From: Takakia lepidozioides
Taxonomy: Eukaryota; Plantae; Bryophyta
Assembly: GCA_030704615.1 (NCBI GenBank)
Contig: CM060734.1
Span: 52,390,001-52,454,000, forward strand
Length of the DNA stretch: 64,000 nucleotides
Direction: 5' to 3'
Shown: positions 50,141 to 62,707 of the stretch, one piece after another
How the letters are laid out: each line of letters opens with the position of its first letter
Numbering within the stretch: position 1 is the first letter of the stretch
Notes under the pieces: generated by a model
Told to the model about the DNA's origin: nothing
Seen by the model: the letters and a program-made list of their open reading frames with translations, nothing else
The model's database searches: none
Position numbers and translations under genes: made by a program

Positions 50141-50584
50141 TTTCGTTGGCTGTGCCCTTGAGCCATTTGCTTGGCGCTCATGTGTTGTTACTTCAGCAAG
50201 CAGCTAGTCGCGTAATTGTTCCACCCTAATTATAAAACTCGAAGGCTAGCGTTGACGGTTCTGATTTGTTGAAATAAAATTACAAATATTTCCAACATAA
50301 GACCAGAACCGTTTGACAGTAATCCTTGAGGATACAAAGTAACAAACAGACATAAAGTTTAGAATCAAAATATTTGATGTTTTCACCTTGATAGAAAATA
50401 ATAATAATAAATTAAATACCAGGAACAAATGCGAAAAGATAAAATTGATTGTGATGGAATTGGAGGATTAAATATCAAAAGAATTGCATCTAATGGAATT
50501 CAATGTGATAAAACTGAGAGGAACTGAATATAATGGAAGTCATTCTGATAAAATTGAGAGAAATTGAATATAATAGACTGAAGG

Positions 50585-51400
50585 CAACGTCCGGGGAGAA
50601 CCGGCAGCCAGTTACATGCTAGCCGACTGAATTCCAGAATTTCCGAATGAAATATGAAACCTCAGGAAATGGATCCGAGGGAAAAAATGGCCGAAGTGGA
50701 AATCAACCGGGTGCCCTACTTTTAGGAAGGATATTTGCCTTTCCATTTCATTACAGACAGGAAATCTGCCTTAGTTGGCAAGGCCTGGACGGATTCCGGC
50801 CCTTCTTATATTACAAAAAATGGAAATGGCCGTCGAAGTCCACCACATGGCAGAAATCCAACGTGCTAGGCCGGGTTACATCCAAGGAAGGGCGTTTAGG
50901 TGAAAAAATATTGAACTCAAAGAGGGCGGGCCCGCGGGCAAACCCTACTAAGTCCGGACGTTGCTCTCGCAGCCCCAGCCCCACGCCTGCTTGCACTCGC
51001 TGCCTGCTATCACAGCTCACCTGTCCACGCGGGTTCAATTCTTGGCCTCCATGTGGTTTGAAGGCATTGACAGGTCCAACTTCTATAAGGATACAATGTT
51101 CTTCACTTGTTTGAATTGCTTAAAACTGGTTGTGATTATTTATTATTATTATTATTTACTTATTGTTGTGCATTTGACACTTGTGTTGTCAACCGGTTGA
51201 TATTTATAAGGGCCGGATTTATAGCTGAACACAAAATAAATCATTAGGAATATTACCGGTTGTAAAGAAATTATCTCGGAAATTGACCGGGTATAGTTAC
51301 CACTAAGGGGCAGCAACCAACTGCCCAACCCACTTAGCCGATTGCTGCTGGGAATGAGCGGCTACTGGCTGGTTCAACTGAAATTATTTCCCGAACGCTG
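50585..51400. mobile_element. Non-autonomous hAT-like element (816 bp)
   Basis: 8-bp TSD actgaagg at 50577-50584 and 51401-51408; imperfect TIRs caacgtccggg / cccgaacgctg. Confidence 0.7.
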
Positions 51401-51449
51401 ACTGAAGGGATATATTTGAAGGGAACTGAATAAAAAAATAATCGGCATT

Positions 51450-53895
51450 AACCTCACAGATGACCAACGAATGGGGCCTACTGTGAAGAAACTAAAACAT
51501 CAGCTCTCCTATTGGGGCTCATGCCATCTTTCCATCATAGGTACTAGAGCACTGGTTGCCAACCAGATCCTCATGGAATATGGTATTTTGCCTCCACTTG
51601 GGGGCAGGACTCCAAAATTGTCAAGGAAGTCAAGAGGTTAATCTTGAATTTCATCTAGGGGCAGGATCGACCACCCAAAACAGAAGACCCTAGGTCTCTT
51701 GGGATCAGATTTGTCTCCCTAAGAAGATGGGTGGGTTGGGAGTCCTAGACCCAGAAACCCAAATCAAAGCGCTATTGGGGAAATGGCTCCCAAGATACCT
51801 CGGACCAGAAGGGGGCTAGTGGAAGCTAATGGTCTCCCCTACCATCTGCTCCTCCTCGCCCCAGCACTTGGTTCTCCGGCCATAATCGATGGATAGTCCA
51901 GGGCTTCAACCATAAAGCCCCGGGCTCCCTTCTCTGGTCTTCCATTTGGAGGTCGTGGAACCTTAGGCCATTTCTGAGAAAATAGGAGCCCTCTACTTTT
52001 CAAGAAACTCTGAGACAACAACTCTTTCTCAATGACCCATGTCCTGCTCTAGCTGACCGTGCTGCAGCTAAGAAATGGGCTGCCTGGGAGACTAGAGGTT
52101 TCTCGTATCAAAGACCTATGGAATAGCTCTCCTCAATCCCTTCAACAGGCCTTGGGTTCTCTCCAGCTCTGCTATGATATTTCCCACATCATTCACTTGG
52201 AAACTACTTCTTAAAGAAGGCCCTGCCCAGCTTAGATCTCACCAGTGGGTTCTATCAAACGCATCCACCTCTGATCAAGTTTTCTACATTTCAGAGGTCA
52301 CTCAATATACCATCTTTGGATACAGGTTCCAGGCGCATGACACCTCGTTGGCTCACCTTCATCTCTCCAAATACCATTTCCCCACTATTTCTATCCTAGC
52401 TGTCACTGCAGCACCAGCCCGCATCTGCCACTGGTCCACCACTAAAAAGCTCTTCAACCCCATGGCCCTCTCTTCGCTCAGGAAACAAACCTTCACTCTC
52501 ATAGGGGGTACAGACATCACCTCCCTTTAGCTAGACGCGGCTGAATGGAATTGGTCATTTGGGGATGAATTCCACCCTTTCTTTTCTGACTCTGCCAAGA
52601 GAGGTTACAGGGCAATTCTCGGAGCCAGGCCTTTGATCTTACAACAAAATGGGACGACAAATGGAGTCATGAGAATTCTAGTGATGAGAACTGGAAGAGG
52701 ATATGGTCTGTAGTGTGGGAAAAATCGAAACCAACAAAGCTCGTTGCCTTTATTTGGCAGGTAGCTAACCAGGTTCTAAAGGTGGGCCAATATTTAAACT
52801 TTCCAAAGGCTCTTCTTTTGCCAATGCTGCTCCAACCAAACAATAGAATCCCTGGAACATTGACTTCTCTACTGCCTGGCTTCTCGTGCCATTTGGCCAC
52901 TGGTCCAAGTTTTCTACAGGGCATGGGATCAAATGTCACTCGGTTCAATGGCAATCCTACTCAACTACAATCCAAGAGAAAAATCCAAAGCCTCTGACTG
53001 CCCTATGTTTGAAACTCTTCGTAGTTCGGTGCTCTAGAACCTATGGAAATGACGTTGTGTTTGGGCCCTCAACAGCGAAAACACCTCAGCTACGGCAGTC
53101 CTTATTTTGGTTTTCTTTGATCTAACTGTGGCCGCTAAAAAAGCTTGGGCATTGCTATGTGCAGTGGTCGCAAGGAAGCTAGAGCGTCAGCCCTCTCTCC
53201 TCCATACCTTCGGAGCTACCTGGGGCAAGCATGGGATCATATGTACTAGCGCTCATGACCTCACCTATGTATGGGCAGATACAATCTCCTCCTGCTGGCA
53301 AAGGACACAGAGGGTAGCTCTTCGGCTTCCCCAGAATTTGAAAGATCAGAGGTCAACTGGAAACATGTTCGTTCGGCTTCAGCAACGCGTCTTCAATTCC
53401 ATAGATAGTCTCTCTGTTCTTATACCTTGCTAGTCAACTTCATCCCGTTGCTTCCTTCTCCAGTTCGCTCCACCCCTCCCCTCCCCTTCTCGATTCTCCA
53501 TCCCAGTTCTACACTTCACCCTCATTACGGGGATCTTGGTTTCTCCATTCTGTCGAGTGTGTGTCCCCAGACTAAGCTAGGGCTTCCACTGCCACCTCCC
53601 TAGCATCTTCTATTGTCGTGGGGTATAGTTTTTGCACGGTATTGCAGCATCCAATTGGTCATGCTGGGTTCCACCGAGGCTACATGCCTCTTACAGTCAG
53701 TGGTGTCATTCAAATTAGTTCCAAGAGGTTCCCCTCTTAAGTAACAGTCCGAGAGTTATCCAACACGGTCTACCTTGAGTTCAAGCCTTATGGCAGCTTG
53801 AGGGCACTTAAGGGTTTTAATTTTTTCCCCTTCAATAATCATGGGGCCAGTGGCTGACCCATGTTTAAAAATGAAAATAAAAATAAAAATAAAAT
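51450..53895 (+). mobile_element. Degenerate L1-like LINE 3' half (post-RT region, zf-RVT, 3' UTR, A-rich tail)
   Basis: VSWDQICLPKKMGGLGVLD motif (~51695-51750); WEKSKPTKLVAFIWQVANQVL; gggttttaattttttcccc then an aaaataaaaata tail. Confidence 0.8.
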
Positions 53896-54057
53896 TTGGA
53901 AGGAAACACTTGAAGAGCAACAGCTCACAAATCAGGCCCCTTAATTATAGTTAGAAGAAAAAATAACCTCTTTCACAATAACCTTGCCGGAAAGGCTTGT
54001 TCATGGGACACCGCCCAAGCGAAGGGGGAGAAGGACATATTACACCCAAGGATTTAA

Positions 54058-54973
54058 CCGCTAAAGGACGAAGTGACCCAAAACTGGGTCGGTTAGGTTT
54101 AGAAAAGTGTGGGCCTGGACCCAGCCATGTAGAACCCCTAGAGTCTGCCACACTCGTGGTTTTCAGCCCCATTTCGGGCAGCTAACCTGCCCTCCATCCT
54201 ACGTGTCAACTGGGGTCAAGTTAGGGAGAAATTCCACGCATCCCCCACTAGCGCAGGGTGGCGCGTCTCCCAACACCCTTTATTGCGCCCCCTCCACCCT
54301 AAAGCGCCCCCATTGGCAGGCAAAGGCAAAGGCACCCCCCCAAAACCCACATACCTTAGGGCCACTGGCCAAAAAAGTATAAGCAAACATAGGTGCACAT
54401 GGAGAAGACATGGGCAGGGGCAAAAATCATATGAAAGGAAGCTCCGATTGGCGTGAAAAGTTTTTTGTGCTTGCAAAAACCTGCCCACTACAGTACAACT
54501 GGAGCGATTGAAAATTCAACGGTTCAGATATTTTCACCGAATTTTCTAATACGGTTTAGTGCTTAAATTGGGAAATTTGACCCCCCAAATTGGCCATACA
54601 AAGCAGCCCACATGAGAACATGTCAGAAAAATATGAAATTTTCAGGGCAGGTGTCTTACCTGGCAGGGTACAAGATTCTGGTTTGTGTCATGTCAAAAAC
54701 ATTCACAGCTGGGAAATTCGATAAGAAAAGCCGTGTTTTTTTATCCCATTGTAAATAGGAAATTTGTTTTTGGCCCAGCTTTCAACATTATAATCTTGCA
54801 ATCCGGCGGGTCGATTTGGACCAGACTTGTTGTGGTCATAGCTGGGGTAGGTAAGAACATACTACAACGGTCAGTTCCACAGGGCCTGAGGAAATCTTAA
54901 GATATAAATTATTTAGTGGGGAAGGGTCAATTGTTTGGGGGTGGACCCAAAAATTGGGGTTAGTCCTTTAGGG
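54058..54973. mobile_element. Non-autonomous piggyBac-like element (916 bp) with TTAA target sites
   Basis: TTAA|CCGCTAAAGGAC ... GTCCTTTAGGG|TTAA; subterminal gacccaaaa..tggg boxes at both ends. Confidence 0.7.
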
Positions 54974-55029
54974 TTAACCCCAGAATCATCTGGGTGGCAC
55001 TCAGTGCACTATCCAACTGAGCTACTGAC

Positions 55030-56748
55030 TATTGGTGAATACATACATATATATATATATTTGGAAAAGGGACAGAGGCCCTTTTAATCAAATTAATCAA
55101 CAACCTTGCAAGAAAGGCCAAACTTGTCCACCCAAATTCCAAAGATAGGGTCGTCAGCGGAAACCAAGTCTTCAAATTTGAAAATGGGTAACACATGGAT
55201 GACTGCCAAATTGACAAGAGCAACATTATTCTCAACCATAATGCTTATGTGCTGCATGCGAGTTTGAGAGATGGATATGGGGGGGAAGAACTCCATGAGC
55301 ACTTGGTTTGTCAAGTGGAGAGCGAAGTCCGACGCTGGTCCACCAAACATATCTGCGGCCAAGGCTTCAGTGACCCATGCAGAGCGGAAGCCTTCTCCGT
55401 TGTTAGGGACAAAAAAGTTTGTGTAGTCGTCAAAGAATTTGTAAACGAGGGGTGTTACACAGACTGCTGCCTTGTCTCTGGCATAGGCAGTCCCGGGAGC
55501 CCACCCTGCTAGAGGCCTCCTTGAGAATGAATGCAGCTCCAAAAATGCAGTGGCGAGGTTGTTGCTCTCCAAAAGATTCAACTCTTGTTCTGAGAATGGG
55601 AAGGAAGCCCATGCTTCCGAGATTCTGACCGGGGCCAGATCGTATGGGCGGTTGGGATGGATTGCAGTCTTCCCGTTCCCTTCACGCTTCCTTTTCTGGG
55701 CAGTCTGGCCTCTGTGTAACAACTCCGAGTTTACTTGTTGGTTGTCTCCCACCATGGCACCTGGCGATGAAGTTCTCATTGAGGAGCCTGTCTTGTCATT
55801 TGGTATAGCAGGCTGCTTGGAAACTTCCGAAAGCCTGTTTTTGCGCAGCTTCGGGCAGTTGGCCCGAATGTGACCCTCTCCGTTGCACAAAAAGCAAATC
55901 GTGGAGATGAGCTCCTCCTTGATTGAGACAACGATGTAGGAATCGTCCAAGGTGGGGAGCTTGATTGAAGACCCAATCGATTTGGACTCCGGCATGAAGG
56001 CTACAATCTTTGGCACTCCGACGTCTTTTGCGAGGTCAACATGAATCGCCTCGTTGTCGACAATCTTGATGTTGTCTTGGACTGGTTCGAAGACATTCAG
56101 GGAACCAATAAAGGTGCCAAAACTAGCACCAATTTCTGGGAGCGACATTAGGTAAGTGGCAGGGAGGTAAGGGATTACTATCACCCTTGGTCTCCACAGA
56201 ATCCCTTGCCTATGATCCCAGTCGTGCGTCCAAGGAAATAAGAAGACCTTTGTTGCAGACATTTGACAGTTGAATCTCAGTCCAGCTTCGGCTTCATCTG
56301 GCGAGCAGAAAAGGGCCAAGTAGAACCCCCTTCCCATCGAAAGGCAAGAGTGCTGAGCCAGCCCTCCGCCAGCACCTAAGTGTTGTACAATCCATCTTCT
56401 TACTGATGCCCTTGGCTTTAGCTTCCATGGGAAGTAGATTAGAACCCCCCTTTGGGTTAGTTTCTGCGTCTACAATTTGAGGTTTTCTGTATCCAACTTT
56501 AGTACACGCTGATCAGGGACGTCCAGAGGGATGGAGTCTTCCCACACCCCCTCGTCCGAGAAAGGGGATTGTGCATTGATGGTGGGACTCGGGCCTTTGC
56601 CCAAAATTGAATCCCATGAGCCGATAGAATTGGTGTTGTTTTTTATTATCCAAGAAGTCTTTCCTCCTTTGGCTGTGAGCGCTGAGCTGCTGCGCATTGC
56701 TGAGCTCCCCTTGTTCCCTCTTTTGCTTGCGGTGCCTCGAGAGCTCAT
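55030..56748 (-). mobile_element. LINE ORF1-like (gag-like, CCHC zinc knuckle) element with one in-frame stop and no adjacent ORF2
   Basis: MGRGFYLALF..VFLFPWTHDW..LPEIGASFG..CFLCNGEGHIRANCP; stop at 56470 in frame with the upstream ORF; retroelement-type 3' motif and (TA)n just after the stop codon. Confidence 0.65.
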
Positions 56749-58099
56749 TTTCGCGGCCTAGCTAAGAGTGAGACGACAGCCAACACCTGGCACAAGTGAG
56801 CAGAGAGAACCTCTTTCCCCTCTCCTGATCTGTCTATAGAGTCACCGATAAGACTTTCAGGGAAAAGAAGAGAAGCTGAAACAGCTAAGGAACCAAGAGG
56901 CAAGGTGAACAGGCGGTAAGAGTGCTGAGAGCCTTATCAGCTGAGAGAAAAGGCAGGAATAAGGAGCCGGGGGAATTGATCACTTTCCTGCTTTCGGCGG
57001 CTGGAAATTGGAAAGCTGCCAGGATCTAAGCATGCGGAAGTAAAATCGCCAACATTGGCCTCTTCAACACCGCATACTTTCTCGCTGCGCGAGGAGAGGG
57101 GGTTGTCGCCATGAGCTGGGGACTGCAACAAATATAATTGTGCTCTTACACTTTGCAGAGGATGGCGGCTTCTGCAGAGATAAGGAGCGACACATTATGT
57201 GAACTTGGGAGGACGCGCTGCGGCATGCAATGGCCGCCCATAAATTGCAGTAGAGATTAGAGGAGGGAGCTTGTGGATGACAAGAGGGAGAGAGGGGATG
57301 CCCGCGGTAGTAAGAGAGAAGGGAGAAGGGGGAAAACCAATATAATAGAACTGAAAGGATAAAGTTGAAGGGAATTGAATATAATGAAATTATAGCACTC
57401 ACCAAGTTAGGAATGAATGGGTAACAATGGATAGATGAGAATCGATAGTACACTATTTATTGAGGAAGGTATTGACTGGGGAAGGTACATCAGGAAAAAC
57501 AATCCATGCCTGCTCTCTCCTTATAAGTGAGGGAGGAGGCGGCCAACAAAGAATGAGGGAAAACTCAGGGACCTGTGAACCCTGTCTGTTTGAGGAAGTA
57601 GAGACTGTAATGAAGAAGAGAGAGCATTCTAAACTGACGCCATGATGAGTGTAGAAGGATAGCTTAGAAACTGATGGAAAAAGGCCGAGGTGGGCTGCCA
57701 CAGGTATTCGCCATACAGGTGAGTGGGCTCCGTGAAGACCTCAAAAAACATGCCGCCACCTGTGCACTGCAGAAAAGCAATGGAGAAGGAGCAAAAACCA
57801 ACAAAGCATAGAGTAACGATGAGAAAGAACTGAAGCTGTGGAGCTGAAATGCGCAGACGACGGAGTCCCTTGCATATGGTGGCTATGGCGCCGTCAGGGA
57901 TGCCATTCAAATTGGGTAATAACACGAAACACTTGGCGGTTTCTTTTTTGGGGTCGCTGTATTTGAATGAATGCGACGTCGGATCCAGGCTCGGAATTGT
58001 GTTGCGCAATTCAGCAGAAAGGAATGTACTCTGGGCGAAGAAGCAAGAAAGCGCATGGGATCATAGGCAATGCCGATAATTGGTATGTCTGGCGTGTAG

Positions 58100-59214
58100 G
58101 TCAACGCTGGAGCATGGAACAGCGCTGGCAGGAGTTGTTTGAAGATACTTCACAATGGTGGGACAGTAGCCTTGACAAGGTGAGCTTTCTTCGTGTAGGA
58201 GTTTTATTGAACTCTGGTATGATCGTATTATGTGAATTGGATTGTACCGTTGTTGAGAATTTGGCTTTGCTGTCCGTATCGAGGTTGTTCTTCCTGAGTC
58301 GGTATGATTTTACAAGATCTTTTCCCTGGAGTCTGCAAGGCACTTGGGAGGGGTGAGACTGTGGTTGCTCCCTGGTCGTTTTCACAGACCACTCCAAAAT
58401 CTCCAGTCTACAGGCATAAGCTGGGTTTCATATTTATAAGTTTGGACATGTTCGAATGTTCCTCATTGTGTAGAGTCCAATGGAGCCCAAATTGACGTGC
58501 ATGAATGTTGCTGAAAGCTCACTAGCACTCCTCCATAAGGGAACTTGTGGAAATGTTGATGCTGTGGGATTTTTGGGCACAAAGGTCTACTGTGGAGCAT
58601 GGAGCAGAGTTCGCACGAGGTTTTTAAAGATCCTTCTCAATGGTGGGACAAACGCAATCACAAGGTGTGGCTTTCTTAATGTACGATGTGAAAAAACTTT
58701 GTCCATCCTGCAAATGTGGGCTCTTTCTGTTATTACCAGTATTTGGTATCAAGGTACTTGAGAGGGTCAGTTTGGTCTTAAGAGGCGGAGTTTCTATGGC
58801 TGCTCAGCTGCACCATGGTGGTTCTCCTCGCAGACCAATCCAAGATCACCTGACTACAAACACAAGCAGCACACAGAAGAGGTCCTTTTGGGTGGATGGT
58901 CGGTTGAATCCTCCATGGTTGAAAGAAGAGCTAGCTGCTTTCATGATACAAGGTCAAGGACAACTTGGTGAGGGCAACTTCTTCATCAACACATTTCGGT
59001 TTCCCCCTCTTATCAGAGTCGCGTTGTCTCTATTTTTCATGTTGAATTCTGCTAGTCAGCTCATTGGGTGGATCTATGATGGTTTGTAGTGATTTTCACA
59101 TGTTAGTGCCAATGTGTCAGCAGGAAAGTATCCAAAAACAGCTAGCAGAGTTGAGAAGCTGTGGAATGAATATTTTTCCGATCCCGTCAATGGTGGGACA
59201 ATCGAGGCAAAAAG
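58100..59214 (+). pseudogene. Decayed upstream exons encoding OSB-type PDF motifs (copy 2)
   Basis: Same exons as copy 1; keeps WWDNRGKK (CGA at 59203) but shares the frameshifts. Confidence 0.7.
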
Positions 59215-59470
59215 GTGAGTGCCTGTTAGCTTACATAGAGAAGCAGACAACAAGATGCAATGCAAAGCTTTGCTGGAAATTGTCGTCCTCTCTCTCCCCA
59301 GCACATTTTGAAGTCTTGAGAGCAATTCAGCATAGGAACTAGTGTGTGGGGTGTTTGCTAGAACAAATCTGGGCTGTCATTGTCAGCCGCTAGCAGCAAG
59401 GGGAGGATGTGTGCATGATTTATGCAGGGGCAGGGATAGCTGAAGGAGAAGGGATAGAGTGTGGGTCCAG

Positions 59471-62400
59471 ATTCATCCAAGAGGGCCAGATCTCAAGCAC
59501 AAGATTACCTATGATTTCCTGTTGGTCGATAGCTACATGAAACCTGCATGGGTAGATGGTCAACTGGAAGCAGCAGCAGCGGCAGCAGCGACGGCACAGT
59601 TGATAAAATCAGGCACCTCAACCAGGACCACAACTTCCAAAAGCGGACCAACAGAGGGAGTCCACAGTGCCACTTCTGGCTCCTATGGGCATCTGAGGAT
59701 GCTCTGTGGGGCAGGGCGACTGAAAGAGGCTCTACAGACTTTAAACCAAGGAGGCGTTTCAGCAGATTCAGATACTTACGTCTGGCTCTTGCATGAGTGC
59801 ATCAAGCTGAAAGGCCTGAAAGCTGGAAAGCAGGTGCACGCTCACATTATTCAAAGTGGATTCAAGCCGAATGTTTTTCTACACAACACCCTTGTCAACA
59901 TGTATGTTAAGTGCGGGAGCATCCTGGATGCTCACCAAGTGTTCAACAGAATGCCTCAACGATGTTTGATCACGTGGAATATAATGATGGCAGGATTTAT
60001 CAAGCATGGGTGTGGTAGGAATGCTCTGGAGACCTACGAGCAAATGATACTGGAAGGGGTGAAACCCAACCACATCACGTTTGTTTGCATATGCAATGCA
60101 TGTGCGAGCCTGGCAGCCCTGGAAAAGGGCAAAGAGGTCCATGGTGAGATTGTGAAAGCTGGAATTGTACCAGATGTCATTCTGAACAGTACCCTTGTGG
60201 ACATGTATGCCAAATGTGGGTGCCTCGAGGATGCAAAGGGGGTATTCGACAACATGGCTGAACGGAATGTGGTGTCGTGGAGCGCAATGATTGCAGGGTA
60301 TGTTCAGCAGGGGCGTGGGATGGAGGCCTTGGAGATGTATGAGCAAATGGTGCGGGAAGGGGTGAAGCCCAACCAAATCACGTTTGTTTGTGTTTGCAAT
60401 GCATGTGGGAGCCTGGCAGCCCTGGAAAAGGGCAAAGAGGTCCATGGTGACATCGTCAAAGCTGGAATTGTACCAAATGTCATTTTGAACACTGCCCTGG
60501 TGGACATGTATGCCAAATGTGGGTGCCTTGAGGATGCAAAGGGAGTGTTTAACAAAATGACTGAACGAAATGTGGTGTCGTGGAGCGCTATGATCGCAGG
60601 ATGTGCACAGCAGGGGCGTGGGATGGAGGCTTTGGAGACCTATGAGCAAATGATGCGGCAAAGGGTGAAACCCGACCACATCACGTTTGTTTGTGTTTGC
60701 AATGCATGTGCGAGCCTGGCAGCCCTGGAAAAGGGCAAAGAGGTCCATGGTGAGATCGTCAAAGCTGGCATTGTACCAGATGTCATTCTGAACACTGCCC
60801 TGGTGGACATGTACGCCAAATGTGGGAGTATCAAGGATGCAAAGCGAGTGTTCGACAATATGGCCAAACGAAATGTGGTGTCGTGGAATGCGATGATCAC
60901 AGGATATGCACAGCAGGGGTGCGGGATGGAGGCTTTGGAGACCTATGAGCAAATGATGCAGGAAGGGGTGAAGCCCAACCACATCACTTTTGTTTGCATT
61001 TGTAATGCGTGTGCGAGCCTGGCAGTCCTGGAAAAGGGCAAAGAGGTCCATGGTGACATCGTCAAAGCTGGAATTGTTCCAAATGTCATTCTCAACAATA
61101 CCCTCGTGGACATGTATGCCAAATGTGGGAGCATCGAGGATGCAAAGGGAGTGTTCCACAATATGGCTGAACGAGATGTGGCATCGTGGAGCGCAATGAT
61201 TTCAGGATATGTACAACAGGGGTGCGGGATGGAGGCTTTGGAGACCTATGAGCAAATGTTGCGGGAAGGGGTGAAGCCCAACCACATCACATTTGTTTGC
61301 GTTTGCAATGCGTGTGCGAGCCTGGCAGTCCTGGAAAAGGGCAAAGAGGTCCATGGTGACATCGTCGAAGCTGGAATTGTACCAGAAGTCATTCTGAACA
61401 CTGCCCTGGTGGACATGTATGCAAAATGTGGTAGTATCAAGGATGCAAAGGGAGTGTTTGACACTATGGGCGAACGAGATGTGGTGTCGTGGAACGCGAT
61501 GATTGCAGGATATGCTCAGCAGGGGCACGGGATGGAGGCGTTTGATACCTATGAGCAAATGTTGGGGGAAGGGGTGAAGCCGGACCACATCACGTTTGTT
61601 TGCGTTTGCAATGCGTGTGCGAGCCTGGCAGCCTTGGAAAACGGCAAGGAGGTCCATGGTAACATCGTCAAAGCTGGCATTGTACCAGATGTCATTCTGA
61701 ACAATACCCTCGTGGACATGTATGCCAAATGTGGGTGGATCGAGGGTGCAAAGGGAGTGTTTGACAATATGGCTGAACGAAATGTGGTATCATGGAACGC
61801 GATGATCGCAGGATATGCCCAGCATGGTTGTCATAGGGAGGCCCTGCAACTATTTGAAGGAATGCAAAAGGAGGGCTTGAAGCCGGACAGTATTGCCTTT
61901 CTATGTGTTCTCTCTGCATGCAGCCACGCTGGCCTACTGGATGAGGGAAGACGCTACTTTGATTCCCTGAGTGTAGATCTTGGTGTCACTCTGACAGTAA
62001 AGCACTTTGGCTGCATGGTGGACCTTCTTGGACGTGCGGGGCGATTGGATGAGGCAGAGGACCTCATTAATAAAATGATAATCAAACCAGATGTTGTGGT
62101 GTGGAAGGCCTTGCTTGGTGCCTGCAGAATCCATGGCAATGTGGAGATGGCTGAACGTGTGGCAACATCTATTCTCAAGTGGGATGAACAGGATTCCGCG
62201 ACTTATGTGTTGCTATCTAACATCTATGCCGCAGCTGGCAGGTGGGACGATAGTGCAAAGGTGAGAAAAATGATGAATGTGAGAGGGGTTAGAAAGGAGC
62301 CAGGTCGCTGCTGGATTGAGGTTGGCAACAGGGTGCACACCTTTGTTGTAGATGACAAATTGCATCCCAAAATTAGGGAAATCCATGCTGAGCTGAGAAG

Positions 62401-62707
62401 ATTGTCTGGGCAGATGAAGGAGGCAGGGTATGTGCCTGACATGCGCTTTGTATTGCATGATGTGGGGGAGGAGCAAAAGGAATTTTCTCTGTGCCACCAC
62501 AGTGAGAAGCTGGCCATTGGTTTTGGGCTGATCAGCACGGCCCCTAGGACGCCTCTGTGTCTCATCAAGAATCTTCGGGTGTGTGGTGATTGCCACACCT
62601 CCACCAAGTTCATCTCAAAGATTGTTGGCCGAGCAATTGTCGTACGGGACACTAACCGCTTTCACCACTTTGAAGATGGGGTTTGTTCTTGTGGGGATTA
62701 CTGGTGA
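59471..62707 (+). CDS. PLS-class PPR-DYW RNA editing factor, 7 L-S-P triplets + L2-S2; main exon, first in-exon ATG at 59537
   Basis: KEPGRCWIEV, HHSEKLA, CGDCH, CSCGDYW; 201 aa shorter than copy 1. Confidence 0.95.
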   Translation: MHPRGPDLKHKITYDFLLVDSYMKPAWVDGQLEAAAAAAATAQLIKSGTSTRTTTSKSGPTEGVHSATSGSYGHLRMLCGAGRLKEALQTLNQGGVSADSDTYVWLLHECIKLKGLKAGKQVHAHIIQSGFKPNVFLHNTLVNMYVKCGSILDAHQVFNRMPQRCLITWNIMMAGFIKHGCGRNALETYEQMILEGVKPNHITFVCICNACASLAALEKGKEVHGEIVKAGIVPDVILNSTLVDMYAKCGCLEDAKGVFDNMAERNVVSWSAMIAGYVQQGRGMEALEMYEQMVREGVKPNQITFVCVCNACGSLAALEKGKEVHGDIVKAGIVPNVILNTALVDMYAKCGCLEDAKGVFNKMTERNVVSWSAMIAGCAQQGRGMEALETYEQMMRQRVKPDHITFVCVCNACASLAALEKGKEVHGEIVKAGIVPDVILNTALVDMYAKCGSIKDAKRVFDNMAKRNVVSWNAMITGYAQQGCGMEALETYEQMMQEGVKPNHITFVCICNACASLAVLEKGKEVHGDIVKAGIVPNVILNNTLVDMYAKCGSIEDAKGVFHNMAERDVASWSAMISGYVQQGCGMEALETYEQMLREGVKPNHITFVCVCNACASLAVLEKGKEVHGDIVEAGIVPEVILNTALVDMYAKCGSIKDAKGVFDTMGERDVVSWNAMIAGYAQQGHGMEAFDTYEQMLGEGVKPDHITFVCVCNACASLAALENGKEVHGNIVKAGIVPDVILNNTLVDMYAKCGWIEGAKGVFDNMAERNVVSWNAMIAGYAQHGCHREALQLFEGMQKEGLKPDSIAFLCVLSACSHAGLLDEGRRYFDSLSVDLGVTLTVKHFGCMVDLLGRAGRLDEAEDLINKMIIKPDVVVWKALLGACRIHGNVEMAERVATSILKWDEQDSATYVLLSNIYAAAGRWDDSAKVRKMMNVRGVRKEPGRCWIEVGNRVHTFVVDDKLHPKIREIHAELRRLSGQMKEAGYVPDMRFVLHDVGEEQKEFSLCHHSEKLAIGFGLISTAPRTPLCLIKNLRVCGDCHTSTKFISKIVGRAIVVRDTNRFHHFEDGVCSCGDYW

